A DNA stretch of 64,000 nucleotides, taken from NCBI GenBank assembly GCA_964479515.1, contig CAYZMR010000001.1, positions 6,498 to 70,497 of the forward strand, read 5' to 3'. Position numbers and translations under genes: made by a program. The stretch comes from an uncultured Hyphomicrobiales bacterium (GTDB taxonomy: Bacteria > Pseudomonadota > Alphaproteobacteria > Rhizobiales > Xanthobacteraceae). Positions 35,138 through 43,752 of this stretch are shown here, in pieces (position 1 is the first letter of the stretch; every line of letters begins with the position of its first letter). The notes beneath the pieces were generated by a model, which was not told the origin of the DNA, made no database searches, and saw nothing but the letters and a program-made list of their open reading frames with translations.

Positions 35138-35919
35138 GCGGCTTCCCCGAGATAGGCCGCAACCACCGCGGGGTTCACGCTGACCTCCGCCGGCGTGCCT
35201 TCCGCAAGCAGTTGTCCGAGATGCAATACCAGGAGCCGGCCGCACAGGCCCATCACCAGCCCCATCTGGTGCTCGACCAGCAGAACAGTCAGCTTGAACG
35301 CATCGCGGATGCGCGCGACGAGCGCGCCGAACTCGACGCGCTCGCCATGGTTCAAGCCGGCGGCCGGTTCGTCGAGCAGCAAAAGACGCGGCTTCGCCGC
35401 CAGCGCGCGCGCGATCTCGACGCGCTTCAAGGTCCCGAACGGCAGATTGCCGGCGCGTTCGGCCGCGACGCCGTCGAGATCGAGCTCGCGCAGCACCGAG
35501 CCGCACCACTCCACCATCTGCCGCTCGTGCGCGTCCGATATCCACGGTCGCGCGACCGTCTCGAAGAAGCGCCCGCCATGCGAATGGTGCGCACCGAGCA
35601 GCACGTTCTCCAGCACCGTCATGTCGGCATAGATGCCGAGGTTCTGGAATGTGCGCGCGACGCCGAGCGAGATGATGCGCCGCGCCGGCAACGTGTCGAT
35701 GCGATGTCCCTCGAACGCAATGGCGCCGTCGTCGACGGAATAGAGCCGTGTGATGCAGTTGAACAACGTGGTCTTGCCGGCTCCGTTCGGGCCGATCAGG
35801 CCGCAGATTTCGCCGGCATTGACGTGACACGTCACGCCGTCGAGCGCGCGCACGCCTCCGAACCGCACCGAGACGTTCTCGATGCTCAAGATGCGTTCGC
35901 TCTGGCCCGGCGCCGTCAT
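35134..35919 (-). CDS. ABC transporter ATP-binding protein (LivG type)
   Basis: ATG 35919 inside track ORF 35134..35976. Walker A GPNGAGKTT and Walker B LLLLDEPAAG. Confidence 0.9.
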   Translation of the reverse strand: MTAPGQSERILSIENVSVRFGGVRALDGVTCHVNAGEICGLIGPNGAGKTTLFNCITRLYSVDDGAIAFEGHRIDTLPARRIISLGVARTFQNLGIYADMTVLENVLLGAHHSHGGRFFETVARPWISDAHERQMVEWCGSVLRELDLDGVAAERAGNLPFGTLKRVEIARALAAKPRLLLLDEPAAGLNHGERVEFGALVARIRDAFKLTVLLVEHQMGLVMGLCGRLLVLHLGQLLAEGTPAEVSVNPAVVAAYLGEAA

Positions 35920-36079
35920 GGCCTCAAAGCGCGCCCGACGCGAACCGACTTCGCGTCGCGCCGGCGACGCGCGCAAGACGGCCTTCGGGTCGTAACCATG
36001 CGATCCTCCCTGCTCGTTTCTTGTCTCATCCGGCAGGCGGATGACTTGTGACGCCGCACCGCGATCCGAGGCGCGGCAC

Positions 36080-36847
36080 TCAACCGGACCGGTCGGCGGT
36101 CGGGCCGCGCGACGGACCCTGGTTCTGATCTTGGCCTTCGACCAGCTGATTGGCAGTCACCAGATAGTGGCGCTCCAGCGCGGAGGCTGCGGCATCCGCG
36201 TCGCGCGCGACCGCCGCGCGCACGATCTCGGCATGCTCGACCTTGACGTCGCGGCGCAGATCGCTGCGTTCGGTCTCGTAGGCGGCCGCCACCGAACGAT
36301 AGCGGATCGTCTGGTCGAACAGGAGATCGTGGAACCGCATCAGCCATTCGGATCCGCAGGCTGCGATCAGCGTGCGATGGAAGACGCGATGCAGCCGCTG
36401 CCATTCGTCGCGCACATTGGCCGCGCTTTCGCTGTCGCGGATCGGGGTGTTCGCGAGCCGGTGATGCACGGCGAGCACTTCGGCTTCCCAGTCGAGATCG
36501 CCGAGCCGGATGGCTTCGCGCAGCGCGTGGACGTCGATCAGAATGCGCGTGCGCGTGATGTCCATCAGCGCGGCCGGCGACACCGACGCGGTGCGGAATC
36601 CGCGCTGCTCGTTGAACTCGACGAGGCCCTCGGTGATCAGGCGCGACAGCGCTTCGCGCACGGCTCCGGGACTGACGCCGTAGTGCTTGGCCAACGGCAT
36701 GATCGGCAGCTTGGCGCCGGGGAGATACATGCCGGCGACCAGGTCGCGCTGGAGCGCATTGGCGACACTTGCCGTCAGGCTGCGGAAATTTGTCGGTTGG
36801 CCGAGCGGTTGCGCCTTGCCGTCGTCAGCGGTGTCCGACGCGTTCAT
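36080..36847 (-). CDS. GntR family transcriptional regulator (FadR/FCD-type C-terminal domain)
   Basis: ATG 36847 inside track ORF 36080..36904. Winged HTH LAKHYGVSPGAVREALSRLITEGLV and a helical FCD-like C-terminus. Confidence 0.85.
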   Translation of the reverse strand: MNASDTADDGKAQPLGQPTNFRSLTASVANALQRDLVAGMYLPGAKLPIMPLAKHYGVSPGAVREALSRLITEGLVEFNEQRGFRTASVSPAALMDITRTRILIDVHALREAIRLGDLDWEAEVLAVHHRLANTPIRDSESAANVRDEWQRLHRVFHRTLIAACGSEWLMRFHDLLFDQTIRYRSVAAAYETERSDLRRDVKVEHAEIVRAAVARDADAAASALERHYLVTANQLVEGQDQNQGPSRGPTADRSG

Positions 36848-36900
36848 CGTGACGTCCTTTGCCTTCCGAGGCACGGGTCGTTCGCGCCCGGGCTGATTTC

Positions 36901-37680
36901 TCACAGCATCGCCGGGTAGGCGCCACCGTCAAGGTGCACGTTGAGGCCCGTGATGTAGCCGGCAAAGTCGCTGCATAGAAACGCGCAGGTCGCTCCGAAT
37001 TCGCGCGGCTGCCCCAGCCGTCCGGCCGGGATCGAGGCCACCTGACGCGCGCGCGCCTGCTCGTAAGTTATTCCGTGGGCTTTCATTTCGCGCTCGGCCA
37101 TGAAGTGCTGGCGATCGGTGTCGATGCGTTCGGGCAACAGGTTGTTGATCGTGATGTTATACTTGGCGAGGTCGCGCGACAGCCCCTTCATCACGGCGGT
37201 GAGGCCGGCGCGCGCGCCCGACGAGAGCCCCATATGTGGGGCCGGCGTCGACACCATCGCCGAGGTGATGTTGATGATGCGCCCGAACCGGCGCTCCTTC
37301 ATGGCAGGCACGACCGCGCGCGTCAGTGCAAGTGCCGCAACCATATTCGCCTGAAGCGCGTCAGCCCAGTCCTCCGGCTCGATCTCGAGAAAGCCCTTTG
37401 GCGCGGGCCCGGCATTGTTGTTGACGAGGATGTCCGGCTGCGGACATGCGGCCAGCAATTTCGCCCGGCCCTCCGCGGTCGTGACGTCGGCCTCAACGGC
37501 GATCACCGACACGGAGGCTTCCGCCTTCATCTCGTCGGCCGCGCGACGCAATCGATCGGCGTCGCGTCCGTTGATGACGACATCGACGCCCTCCCGGGCG
37601 AGTGCCTGCGCGCAGGCCTTACCAAGACCGCGACTCGACGCGCAGACGATGGCGGTCCGCGCCGCAATGCCGAGATCCAT
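36901..37680 (-). CDS. SDR family oxidoreductase (FabG-like)
   Basis: 259-aa ORF with N-terminal glycine-rich VCASSRGLGKA and classical SDR length and layout. Confidence 0.85.
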   Translation of the reverse strand: MDLGIAARTAIVCASSRGLGKACAQALAREGVDVVINGRDADRLRRAADEMKAEASVSVIAVEADVTTAEGRAKLLAACPQPDILVNNNAGPAPKGFLEIEPEDWADALQANMVAALALTRAVVPAMKERRFGRIINITSAMVSTPAPHMGLSSGARAGLTAVMKGLSRDLAKYNITINNLLPERIDTDRQHFMAEREMKAHGITYEQARARQVASIPAGRLGQPREFGATCAFLCSDFAGYITGLNVHLDGGAYPAML

Positions 37681-37888
37681 GAATCCTCCACGCGCGGTGG
37701 TCGCGCGACGCCTGCCCCAAAGTGTCGACTTTATTTAACAGCACCGCCTCACTGTCAGTCAATTTACGAAATGTTTTGTCCCTGAAAAAATATTTTCGTC
37801 GCTCCGAGTGGTCGAAATCCGACCTGCAGGCGAGCGTGAGACAAGCGCGACGGACGTCGCAACCTGAGCCACCCGCGGCGTTGGTCAA

Positions 37889-39559
37889 TCACCTGAACTC
37901 CCGCTCGAGCTCCACCTCGATCAGGATCGGAGTTCCGCCCTTGAGCCCCTTCCCGATCAGATCGGTCGCGTCATGAACCGTCTTGGCGCGCTCTGCCGCG
38001 ATGCCGAGCGAACGCGCAAGACCGACGAAATCGACCGCCGGGTCGTTCAGCTCCATGCCGACGTAAGTGTCGACCTGGGCGGCGTGGCCGCGTGACGCGA
38101 ACAGGCGTTGCTTCAGGATGCGGTAGGACGTGTTGTTGAAGATGACGAACACGACGCCGACACGATAACGCGCCGCCGTCCAGAGCGCCTGGCAAGTGTA
38201 CATCGCGCTGCCGTCGCCGACGAGGGCGATGACGGGCCGGTCGGGCAACGCGACCTTCACGCCGATCGCGGCGGGCAATCCCCAACCGATCCCCCCGCCG
38301 CGCAGGCCAAAGAAGCTCTGCGGGTCATCGCTCTTCACGAGCTGGCGCAGGCCCCCGCTCGATGACACCGATTCGTCGATCACGACCGCGTCCTTCGGCA
38401 GCATCTCGCCGATCGCGTTGATCAGCGCGAGCGGATGAACCGGGGTCTGCCCGGCGAGCGACCGCGCCTTGGCTTTGAGCTTCTCAAGTTCGGCGAGCGT
38501 CGCTTCGCTCGCGGCCGTGAAACGGGCGCGCGCGTCGCCACGGGCCCCGCTCGACATGCGCTCGCGCACGGCAGCGCTCAGCTCGGGCAGCGTCCCCTTC
38601 GGATCGCCCAACATCGCGACCGCAGCGGGATAGTTCTTACCGAGCTCCCATGGGTCGATGTCGAGATGGATGATCTTCAGGCCGGGCGGAACCGGCGCCA
38701 CGTCGGACGGCAGCGAGAGCGCGAACAGGTCGGCGCCGACCGACAGCATCACGTCGTACTGATCGAGAATCTTGCGGATCGCCGGCTGCATGCGGCCCAT
38801 CGCGCCGCGGAACAGCGGATGCGAGGATGGAAACGACGCCGTGTTGGGGATCAGCTCGGCATAGACCGGCGCGCCGATCAGTTCGGCGAGCTCGACCAGT
38901 TCGGCGTGCGCGCGGCTCTGCGCCACCGCGTCGCCCGCCATGATCAGCGGACGCTTTGCTTCCGCGAGTAGCTGCGCCGCCACTTCGATCGCGGCGCGGT
39001 CGGCGCGCACGCGTGGCGCGACACGCGTCGGCGCCATCAGGTCGAGATCGGCCTCGTTCTTGAGGATGTCACCCGGCAACGACAGGAAAACCGGGCCGGT
39101 CGGCGGCGCCATCGCGGTCTTGCAGGCGCGATGCACCAAGAGAGGCAAATCCTGCAGCCGATGGACTTCATGCGACCACTTCACCAACGGCCGCGCGATC
39201 GGCGGCAGGTCGGCGTAGAGGATGGGCTCGGTCTGGTTGAAGTCCTGATCGTGTTGGCCGGCCGTCACGAGGATCGGCGAACCTGCCTTCTGGGCGTCGT
39301 AGAGCATGCCCATCGCATTGCCGAGACCCGGCGTGACGTGGAGGTTCGCGACCGCGAGCTTGCCGGAGGCCTGGGCGTATCCGTCGGCCATCGCCATCAC
39401 GGCCGCCTCCTGCAGGCCGAGCACGTAGCGCATCTCATTGTCGACGGCGAGCGCGTCCATCAATGGCAGCTCGGTGGTGCCGGGATTGCCGAACATCACC
39501 TCGACGCCTTCCTGCTTGAGGATTTCAAGGAACGCGCGTTTTCCGGATATGACGGGCAA
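37889..39559 (-). CDS. thiamine diphosphate-dependent enzyme (benzoylformate decarboxylase / acetolactate synthase large-subunit-like)
   Basis: 556-aa ORF with N-terminal FGNPGTTELP and ThDP motif GDGSAMY...NN. Confidence 0.9.
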   Translation of the reverse strand: MPVISGKRAFLEILKQEGVEVMFGNPGTTELPLMDALAVDNEMRYVLGLQEAAVMAMADGYAQASGKLAVANLHVTPGLGNAMGMLYDAQKAGSPILVTAGQHDQDFNQTEPILYADLPPIARPLVKWSHEVHRLQDLPLLVHRACKTAMAPPTGPVFLSLPGDILKNEADLDLMAPTRVAPRVRADRAAIEVAAQLLAEAKRPLIMAGDAVAQSRAHAELVELAELIGAPVYAELIPNTASFPSSHPLFRGAMGRMQPAIRKILDQYDVMLSVGADLFALSLPSDVAPVPPGLKIIHLDIDPWELGKNYPAAVAMLGDPKGTLPELSAAVRERMSSGARGDARARFTAASEATLAELEKLKAKARSLAGQTPVHPLALINAIGEMLPKDAVVIDESVSSSGGLRQLVKSDDPQSFFGLRGGGIGWGLPAAIGVKVALPDRPVIALVGDGSAMYTCQALWTAARYRVGVVFVIFNNTSYRILKQRLFASRGHAAQVDTYVGMELNDPAVDFVGLARSLGIAAERAKTVHDATDLIGKGLKGGTPILIEVELEREFR

Positions 39560-39594
39560 GATTTCCTCCAGCGTTTTTGGGATGTGCCGGCGTG

Positions 39595-40062
39595 CTATTT
39601 ACGCAGCAGGTATTTGTGCTCGCCGGTCAGCACCAGCTCGCTCTTCTGGTTATGGATGGTCGCGCCCATCACCACAATGCCAGTCGTGCGCTGCGGGATC
39701 AGGCCCGTGATCGTCAGCGTGGGATAGAGGGTGTCGCCGACATAGACGCCCTTGAGGAATTTCGACGACTGCTCGATGAAGCCGATCAGCCTGTCGCCGA
39801 TCATGTGCGGGAAGCTGCCGGCACCGACCGCCGAGAAGGCGAGGACTTGGAAGCCATGTGCCAGCAGCCCGCGATGGCCGTGGTCGCGGCAGAACTCCAC
39901 GTCGTAGTGGATCGGATGGTTGTCCCCCGAGACGACCTGGAACGCCGCGAAGTGCGCCTCGGTCACGGTGCGGCTTGGATTGCGGTAGACCTCGCCGACC
40001 TTGAGATCGGCGAAGGAGCGCCGCTCGGTGACGTTATGCGCCTTGGGATCGAACTCCGACAC
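39595..40062 (-). CDS. MaoC-like (hot-dog fold) dehydratase
   Basis: GTG 40062 preceded by GGGGAGG, inside track ORF 39595..40140. Contains FAAFQVVSGDNHPIHYD, the MaoC hydratase motif region. Confidence 0.8.
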   Translation of the reverse strand: MSEFDPKAHNVTERRSFADLKVGEVYRNPSRTVTEAHFAAFQVVSGDNHPIHYDVEFCRDHGHRGLLAHGFQVLAFSAVGAGSFPHMIGDRLIGFIEQSSKFLKGVYVGDTLYPTLTITGLIPQRTTGIVVMGATIHNQKSELVLTGEHKYLLRK

Positions 40063-40160
40063 GTCACCTCCCCTTGTCCTTTTCCAACAGTTTATCTTGC
40101 GTGTCCGCGCGCGGCGAGTAGCGTTCGAGCCTTCGGCCATGCGTCAGCGGAGACCTCGCC

Positions 40161-40796
40161 ATGCATCCCGTGCTGCGGCTTTACGAAGACATTCTGTCGG
40201 ATAGCGGCGCGCTGACGCTGGCCGCCGCACCGCGCATGATCTTCGTGGCGCATGGGTCGGTGACCATCGAGGACCGTACCTTTGGCGACAACGAAGCCTG
40301 GTACGGCGAAAGCGCCGTCACCGTCACGCCTGGCAAGACCGGCGTGACCTGCTGGCGTTGGGAGATCGGTGAACGATCGGCGGACATGAGCCCCGGCGCC
40401 TCATCGCAGGAAAAGCTCGCCGCTCTGCTCGATCCACCCGAAGGCGATCTCCTGTGGCGCGGCGACAGCGTTGCATTTCCACCCGGAGGCGTCGCCTATC
40501 TGCACCGTCACCAGGGCCCGGGCATCCGCTGCGTCGCGGAGGGTGCGATCCGGGTCGACACCAAGGGCCACTCCACCTCCTATGGTCCGGGCGGCGCGTG
40601 GTTCGAAGCTGGACCCGATCCGGTCTTCGCGCAGGCGGCCGCCGACCGCGCGACGCGCTTCATCCGCGTGATGATCCTGCCGCGCGCACTGGTCGGCAAA
40701 AGCTCGATCCAGTACGCCAACGAAGACGACAAGACGAAGCCGAAGACGCAGCAGTACAAGGTCTACGTGGACGCGCCGCTGACGCGTTCGTGGTGA
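40161..40796 (+). CDS. cupin-like hypothetical protein
   Basis: 211-aa ORF. The segment GGVAYLHRHQGPGIRCVAEGAIRV resembles cupin motif 1. Divergent from the MaoC gene. Confidence 0.55.
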   Translation: MHPVLRLYEDILSDSGALTLAAAPRMIFVAHGSVTIEDRTFGDNEAWYGESAVTVTPGKTGVTCWRWEIGERSADMSPGASSQEKLAALLDPPEGDLLWRGDSVAFPPGGVAYLHRHQGPGIRCVAEGAIRVDTKGHSTSYGPGGAWFEAGPDPVFAQAAADRATRFIRVMILPRALVGKSSIQYANEDDKTKPKTQQYKVYVDAPLTRSW

Positions 40797-40803
40797 CGAT
40801 CGC

Positions 40804-41754
40804 TCACTTCCCCGGCCGATAGATGATGTCGAACAGGCCGGCGATGTCCTGCGGCGTTTTCGCCGACGGAATGTATTTGTAGTCGAGGGCGTCCTTGAGC
40901 GTGAGATCGAGGCCCTTGATCTCGCCGACCTGCAGCCCGTCCTTCGGATAGAACTCGTCCACCGCCTTCTTGGCGATCGGCAAGGTCAGCTTCATGTTCT
41001 GCGCGAAGATTTCGATCGCATGCGGGTTCTGGTAGGCCCAGTCGATCGCGCGCGCGTAAATGCGCATGAATTTCTCGATCGTGTCGCGCTTGGTCTTCAG
41101 CGCTTCGGTATTGGCGATGTTGACGCGGATCGTCTGGTTGGCGAGCTGAGGCACGTCGCCGGTGCGCGCGATGATCACGGTCTTGCCGTCGATCACGTTT
41201 TGCAAGCCGAACGGCGCGGCCGCCCAGCCGACGTCGATCTGTCCGGTCATCACCTGCGTCAGGGTGGCGGGGGCGCCGCCGGCTGCGAGCGTCTTGGCGT
41301 TGACACCCGCCTGCCGCAAAAGCCCCAGCAGGATCAGGTTCGACGACGAGCCGGGCGAGGAAAATGCAACCGTCTTGCCTTCGGCATCCTTCAAACTCTT
41401 GATGCCGCTCTCGGCGCGCGCATACCAGTAGAGCTCACCCGCGCCGGTCATCTGCGCCGAGATGACGCGCACCGGAGCGCCTTTCACGTAGGCGCCGATC
41501 ACGCCGAGCAGACCGTTCGAGAGACCGACATCGGCGCTGCCCGACAGCACTGTCGTCAGCGTCGCGGCGCCGCCGTCGGTGTAGAAGGCCTCGACCTCCA
41601 GCCCCGCCTCCTTGAAGAAGCCCGCGGCCTCGGCGAACTCCACGAACGAAGAATCCCAGAAGCCGCGCTGAGAGATCGCGACCTTCAGCGACTCGGCTTG
41701 GGCCGCCGTGATCGCGACAATCGTTGCAACGACAGCAATCAGTGCCCTGCGCAT
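40804..41754 (-). CDS. ABC transporter substrate-binding protein (NMT1/THI5-like, nitrate/sulfonate/bicarbonate family)
   Basis: ATG 41754 inside track ORF 40804..42372, with signal peptide MRRALIAVVATIVAITAAQA. No cognate permease or ATPase is adjacent. Confidence 0.8.
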   Translation of the reverse strand: MRRALIAVVATIVAITAAQAESLKVAISQRGFWDSSFVEFAEAAGFFKEAGLEVEAFYTDGGAATLTTVLSGSADVGLSNGLLGVIGAYVKGAPVRVISAQMTGAGELYWYARAESGIKSLKDAEGKTVAFSSPGSSSNLILLGLLRQAGVNAKTLAAGGAPATLTQVMTGQIDVGWAAAPFGLQNVIDGKTVIIARTGDVPQLANQTIRVNIANTEALKTKRDTIEKFMRIYARAIDWAYQNPHAIEIFAQNMKLTLPIAKKAVDEFYPKDGLQVGEIKGLDLTLKDALDYKYIPSAKTPQDIAGLFDIIYRPGK

Positions 41755-41768
41755 TGCTCCCTCCCAAC

Positions 41769-41860
41769 CGTCATGGCCGGGCTTGTCCCGGCCATCCCGC
41801 TTATGCGGGCACCGTTCTTGCGTCCCAATCGAGATGGCCGGGACAAGCCCGACCATGACG
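41769..41860. repeat. REP/MITE-like element, family 2 (92 bp, 28-bp terminal inverted repeats)
   Basis: Left arm cgtcatggccgggcttgtcccggccatc (41769-41796) and right arm gatggccgggacaagcccgaccatgacg (41833-41860). Same architecture as 58137-58224. Confidence 0.8.
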
Positions 41861-41867
41861 AATGGGA

Positions 41868-43085
41868 CTACGCCACCTTTGCGAGCTTGCTTCCCAGCTC
41901 CAGCCCGAACACCCGCGCCGCATTGCCGCCGAGGATGTTCCGCTTGGCGGTCTCGCTCAGGAACGGCAGGTCGTAGATCGTGCTTGGCAGATCGAAGTCC
42001 CAGTGCGGATAGTCGGATGAATAGAGAAGCTGCGTTTCCGCCTTGATCATCCGGAAGGTCGTCTCCAGCGCGCCCATGTCGGTCACCTCCATCGGCTGCG
42101 AGGTGAAATACATGTCGCGGATGTAGTCGCCCGGCAGCTTCTTGAGTGCCGGCGCCTCGGACGAGCGCATCATGTATTCGTTGTCGAGCCGCTGGATCAT
42201 GAAGGGGAGCCAGGCGAGCCCGCTCTCGATCCAGATCACCTTGAGCTTCGGGAAGCGTTCCGGCAGGCCGTTGATGATCCAATTGGTCATGTGGACCATG
42301 TTGTGGAACACGAAGCCGAGCGCGTGGACCGAGATGAAGCGGTTCATCATCGCCATCGACTGCTCGTTCCAATCATAGGCCGCGTGGAACGCGAGCGGCA
42401 GGCCGCGCTCTTCCAACAACGCATAGGTGCGCATGTAGTCGTTGTGATGCACCGGACGGTAACGCGCCGCCGTCACCATGAAGCCGACCACGCCCGGCTT
42501 GCCGGCGAACTCCTGCACCATGCGGAACGAGGCGGCCGGATCGTTGAACGGCAGATAGAGCATCGAGCGGATGCGCGGCTCGGTGCTCAGCACGCGCTCC
42601 ACCAGCCAGCGATTATAGGCGCGCGCGAACGCCACCTCCATCTCGACCTGCGGATGGAGCCCGAGCTGCAGCATCGGCGAAGGAAAGATCACGGCGACGT
42701 CGGTGCCCATCGCATCCATCCAGCGCCGCGTCAGCGTGATGTCGCGGTGCTCGTCGCCGCCGACCTTCTCGAGCTTGCGCACCGAATAACGCAGCACGCG
42801 CCCGCCGATGTCCTGGTAGCCGATGCCGCCGGGCAGCACGCCGGTGCCCTTGGAGCCGCCGCTCTGCGTCGCGCTCATGGCAAGCTGCTGCAGCACCGGG
42901 TCATCCATGTATTCGAGAATCTGGCCGAGCGACTCCAGCTCGTAATGATGCGAGTCGACATCGACGATCGGGAACTTGTCGTAGCCGCGCTCGCGCGCTT
43001 GGCTTGCCGCGTGCGCGAGCAGCTTGGTGGTGTCGAATTCCTCGATCGCCATCTTGCGGAAGTCGCTCAGCGGAATGTCGACCAT
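41868..43085 (-). CDS. amidohydrolase_2 family (metal-dependent hydrolase/decarboxylase) protein
   Basis: 405-aa ORF with N-terminal metal-site context IVDVDSHHYE and TIM-barrel amidohydrolase length. Confidence 0.85.
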   Translation of the reverse strand: MVDIPLSDFRKMAIEEFDTTKLLAHAASQARERGYDKFPIVDVDSHHYELESLGQILEYMDDPVLQQLAMSATQSGGSKGTGVLPGGIGYQDIGGRVLRYSVRKLEKVGGDEHRDITLTRRWMDAMGTDVAVIFPSPMLQLGLHPQVEMEVAFARAYNRWLVERVLSTEPRIRSMLYLPFNDPAASFRMVQEFAGKPGVVGFMVTAARYRPVHHNDYMRTYALLEERGLPLAFHAAYDWNEQSMAMMNRFISVHALGFVFHNMVHMTNWIINGLPERFPKLKVIWIESGLAWLPFMIQRLDNEYMMRSSEAPALKKLPGDYIRDMYFTSQPMEVTDMGALETTFRMIKAETQLLYSSDYPHWDFDLPSTIYDLPFLSETAKRNILGGNAARVFGLELGSKLAKVA

Positions 43086-43109
43086 GGTCTACTGCCTTCG
43101 ATTTTGTTT

Positions 43110-43158
43110 GCGCATGATCTTATCCGAAAACCGGTTTCCACTTTTCGGGATCATGCGC
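43110..43158. repeat. 49-bp palindromic element, family 5
   Basis: gcgcatgatcttatccgaaaaccggtttccacttttcgggatcatgcgc. It has perfect 10-bp terminal inverted repeats and an inner CCGAAAA/TTTTCGG stem. Confidence 0.8.
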
Positions 43159-43381
43159 GGCCCGACCAAGCCTGCCACATGCCGAGCTCGAACAGTTGCA
43201 CATTGACGGCCTTCAGGATCGCGGTGGTCGCGACGACGGCGTCCGTCGCGGTAATTTGCGCACCCTCGGGAAACGCCGCGAGCGGCTCGTCGCGCACTGC
43301 GGCGCGCTCGGCATAGAGCCGCACCGCGCGCGCGAGCAGTGCCTGGATTTCGCCGTCGCTGATCGCGTCAGGCGACGACAT
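43151..43381 (-). CDS. small hypothetical protein (76 aa)
   Basis: ATG 43381 (SD GGGGAGGA) inside track ORF 43151..43396. Overlaps the Rieske gene 3' end by 14 nt. Its stop codon lies inside the family-5 repeat. Confidence 0.45.
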   Translation of the reverse strand: MSSPDAISDGEIQALLARAVRLYAERAAVRDEPLAAFPEGAQITATDAVVATTAILKAVNVQLFELGMWQAWSGRA

Positions 43382-43730
43382 AGATGTCCTCCCCACGCCG
43401 CACCACCTGATAGGCCTTCAGTCGCAGCCGCCGATCGGCGGCGCATTCGCCGGTCTTCAGGTCGTATTCGTAGCCGTGCCATGGGCAGACGAAGTGCACC
43501 TCGTCGGAAAATTTCTGCCCATGCCAGGTTCGGTCGGGACCAAGCACATCCTCGACCTTGTGCATGATGATACCCTCGCAGGCTGGCCCACCCTGATGCA
43601 CGCACAGATTCTGATAGGCGTAGAACGCGCCCTGCCAGCAGAATACGCCGATCTCGAGCCCGTCATGCTCGACGATGCGGCGTTCGCCGTCCGGCAGCTC
43701 GGATAGCTTCGCGACAAAGACTTCCGGCAT
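43368..43730 (-). CDS. Rieske (2Fe-2S) ferredoxin-type protein
   Basis: 120-aa ORF with CVH...CPWH cluster ligands (CVHQGG, CPWHGYEYD). Confidence 0.85.
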   Translation of the reverse strand: MPEVFVAKLSELPDGERRIVEHDGLEIGVFCWQGAFYAYQNLCVHQGGPACEGIIMHKVEDVLGPDRTWHGQKFSDEVHFVCPWHGYEYDLKTGECAADRRLRLKAYQVVRRGEDIYVVA

Positions 43731-43752
43731 TTGTGCTTCCCTGAACCTCAGT

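Noticed and set aside
41755-42372. N-terminal extension of the NMT1-type binding protein ORF (track ORF 40804..42372), and similar extensions at 58185-58277 and 3965-4246
   Set aside because: The extensions traverse palindromic repeats (giving the recurrent peptides GLVPAI and RDGRDKPGHD) or the antisense of neighbouring genes. Signal peptides or conserved N-termini begin at the internal ATGs.
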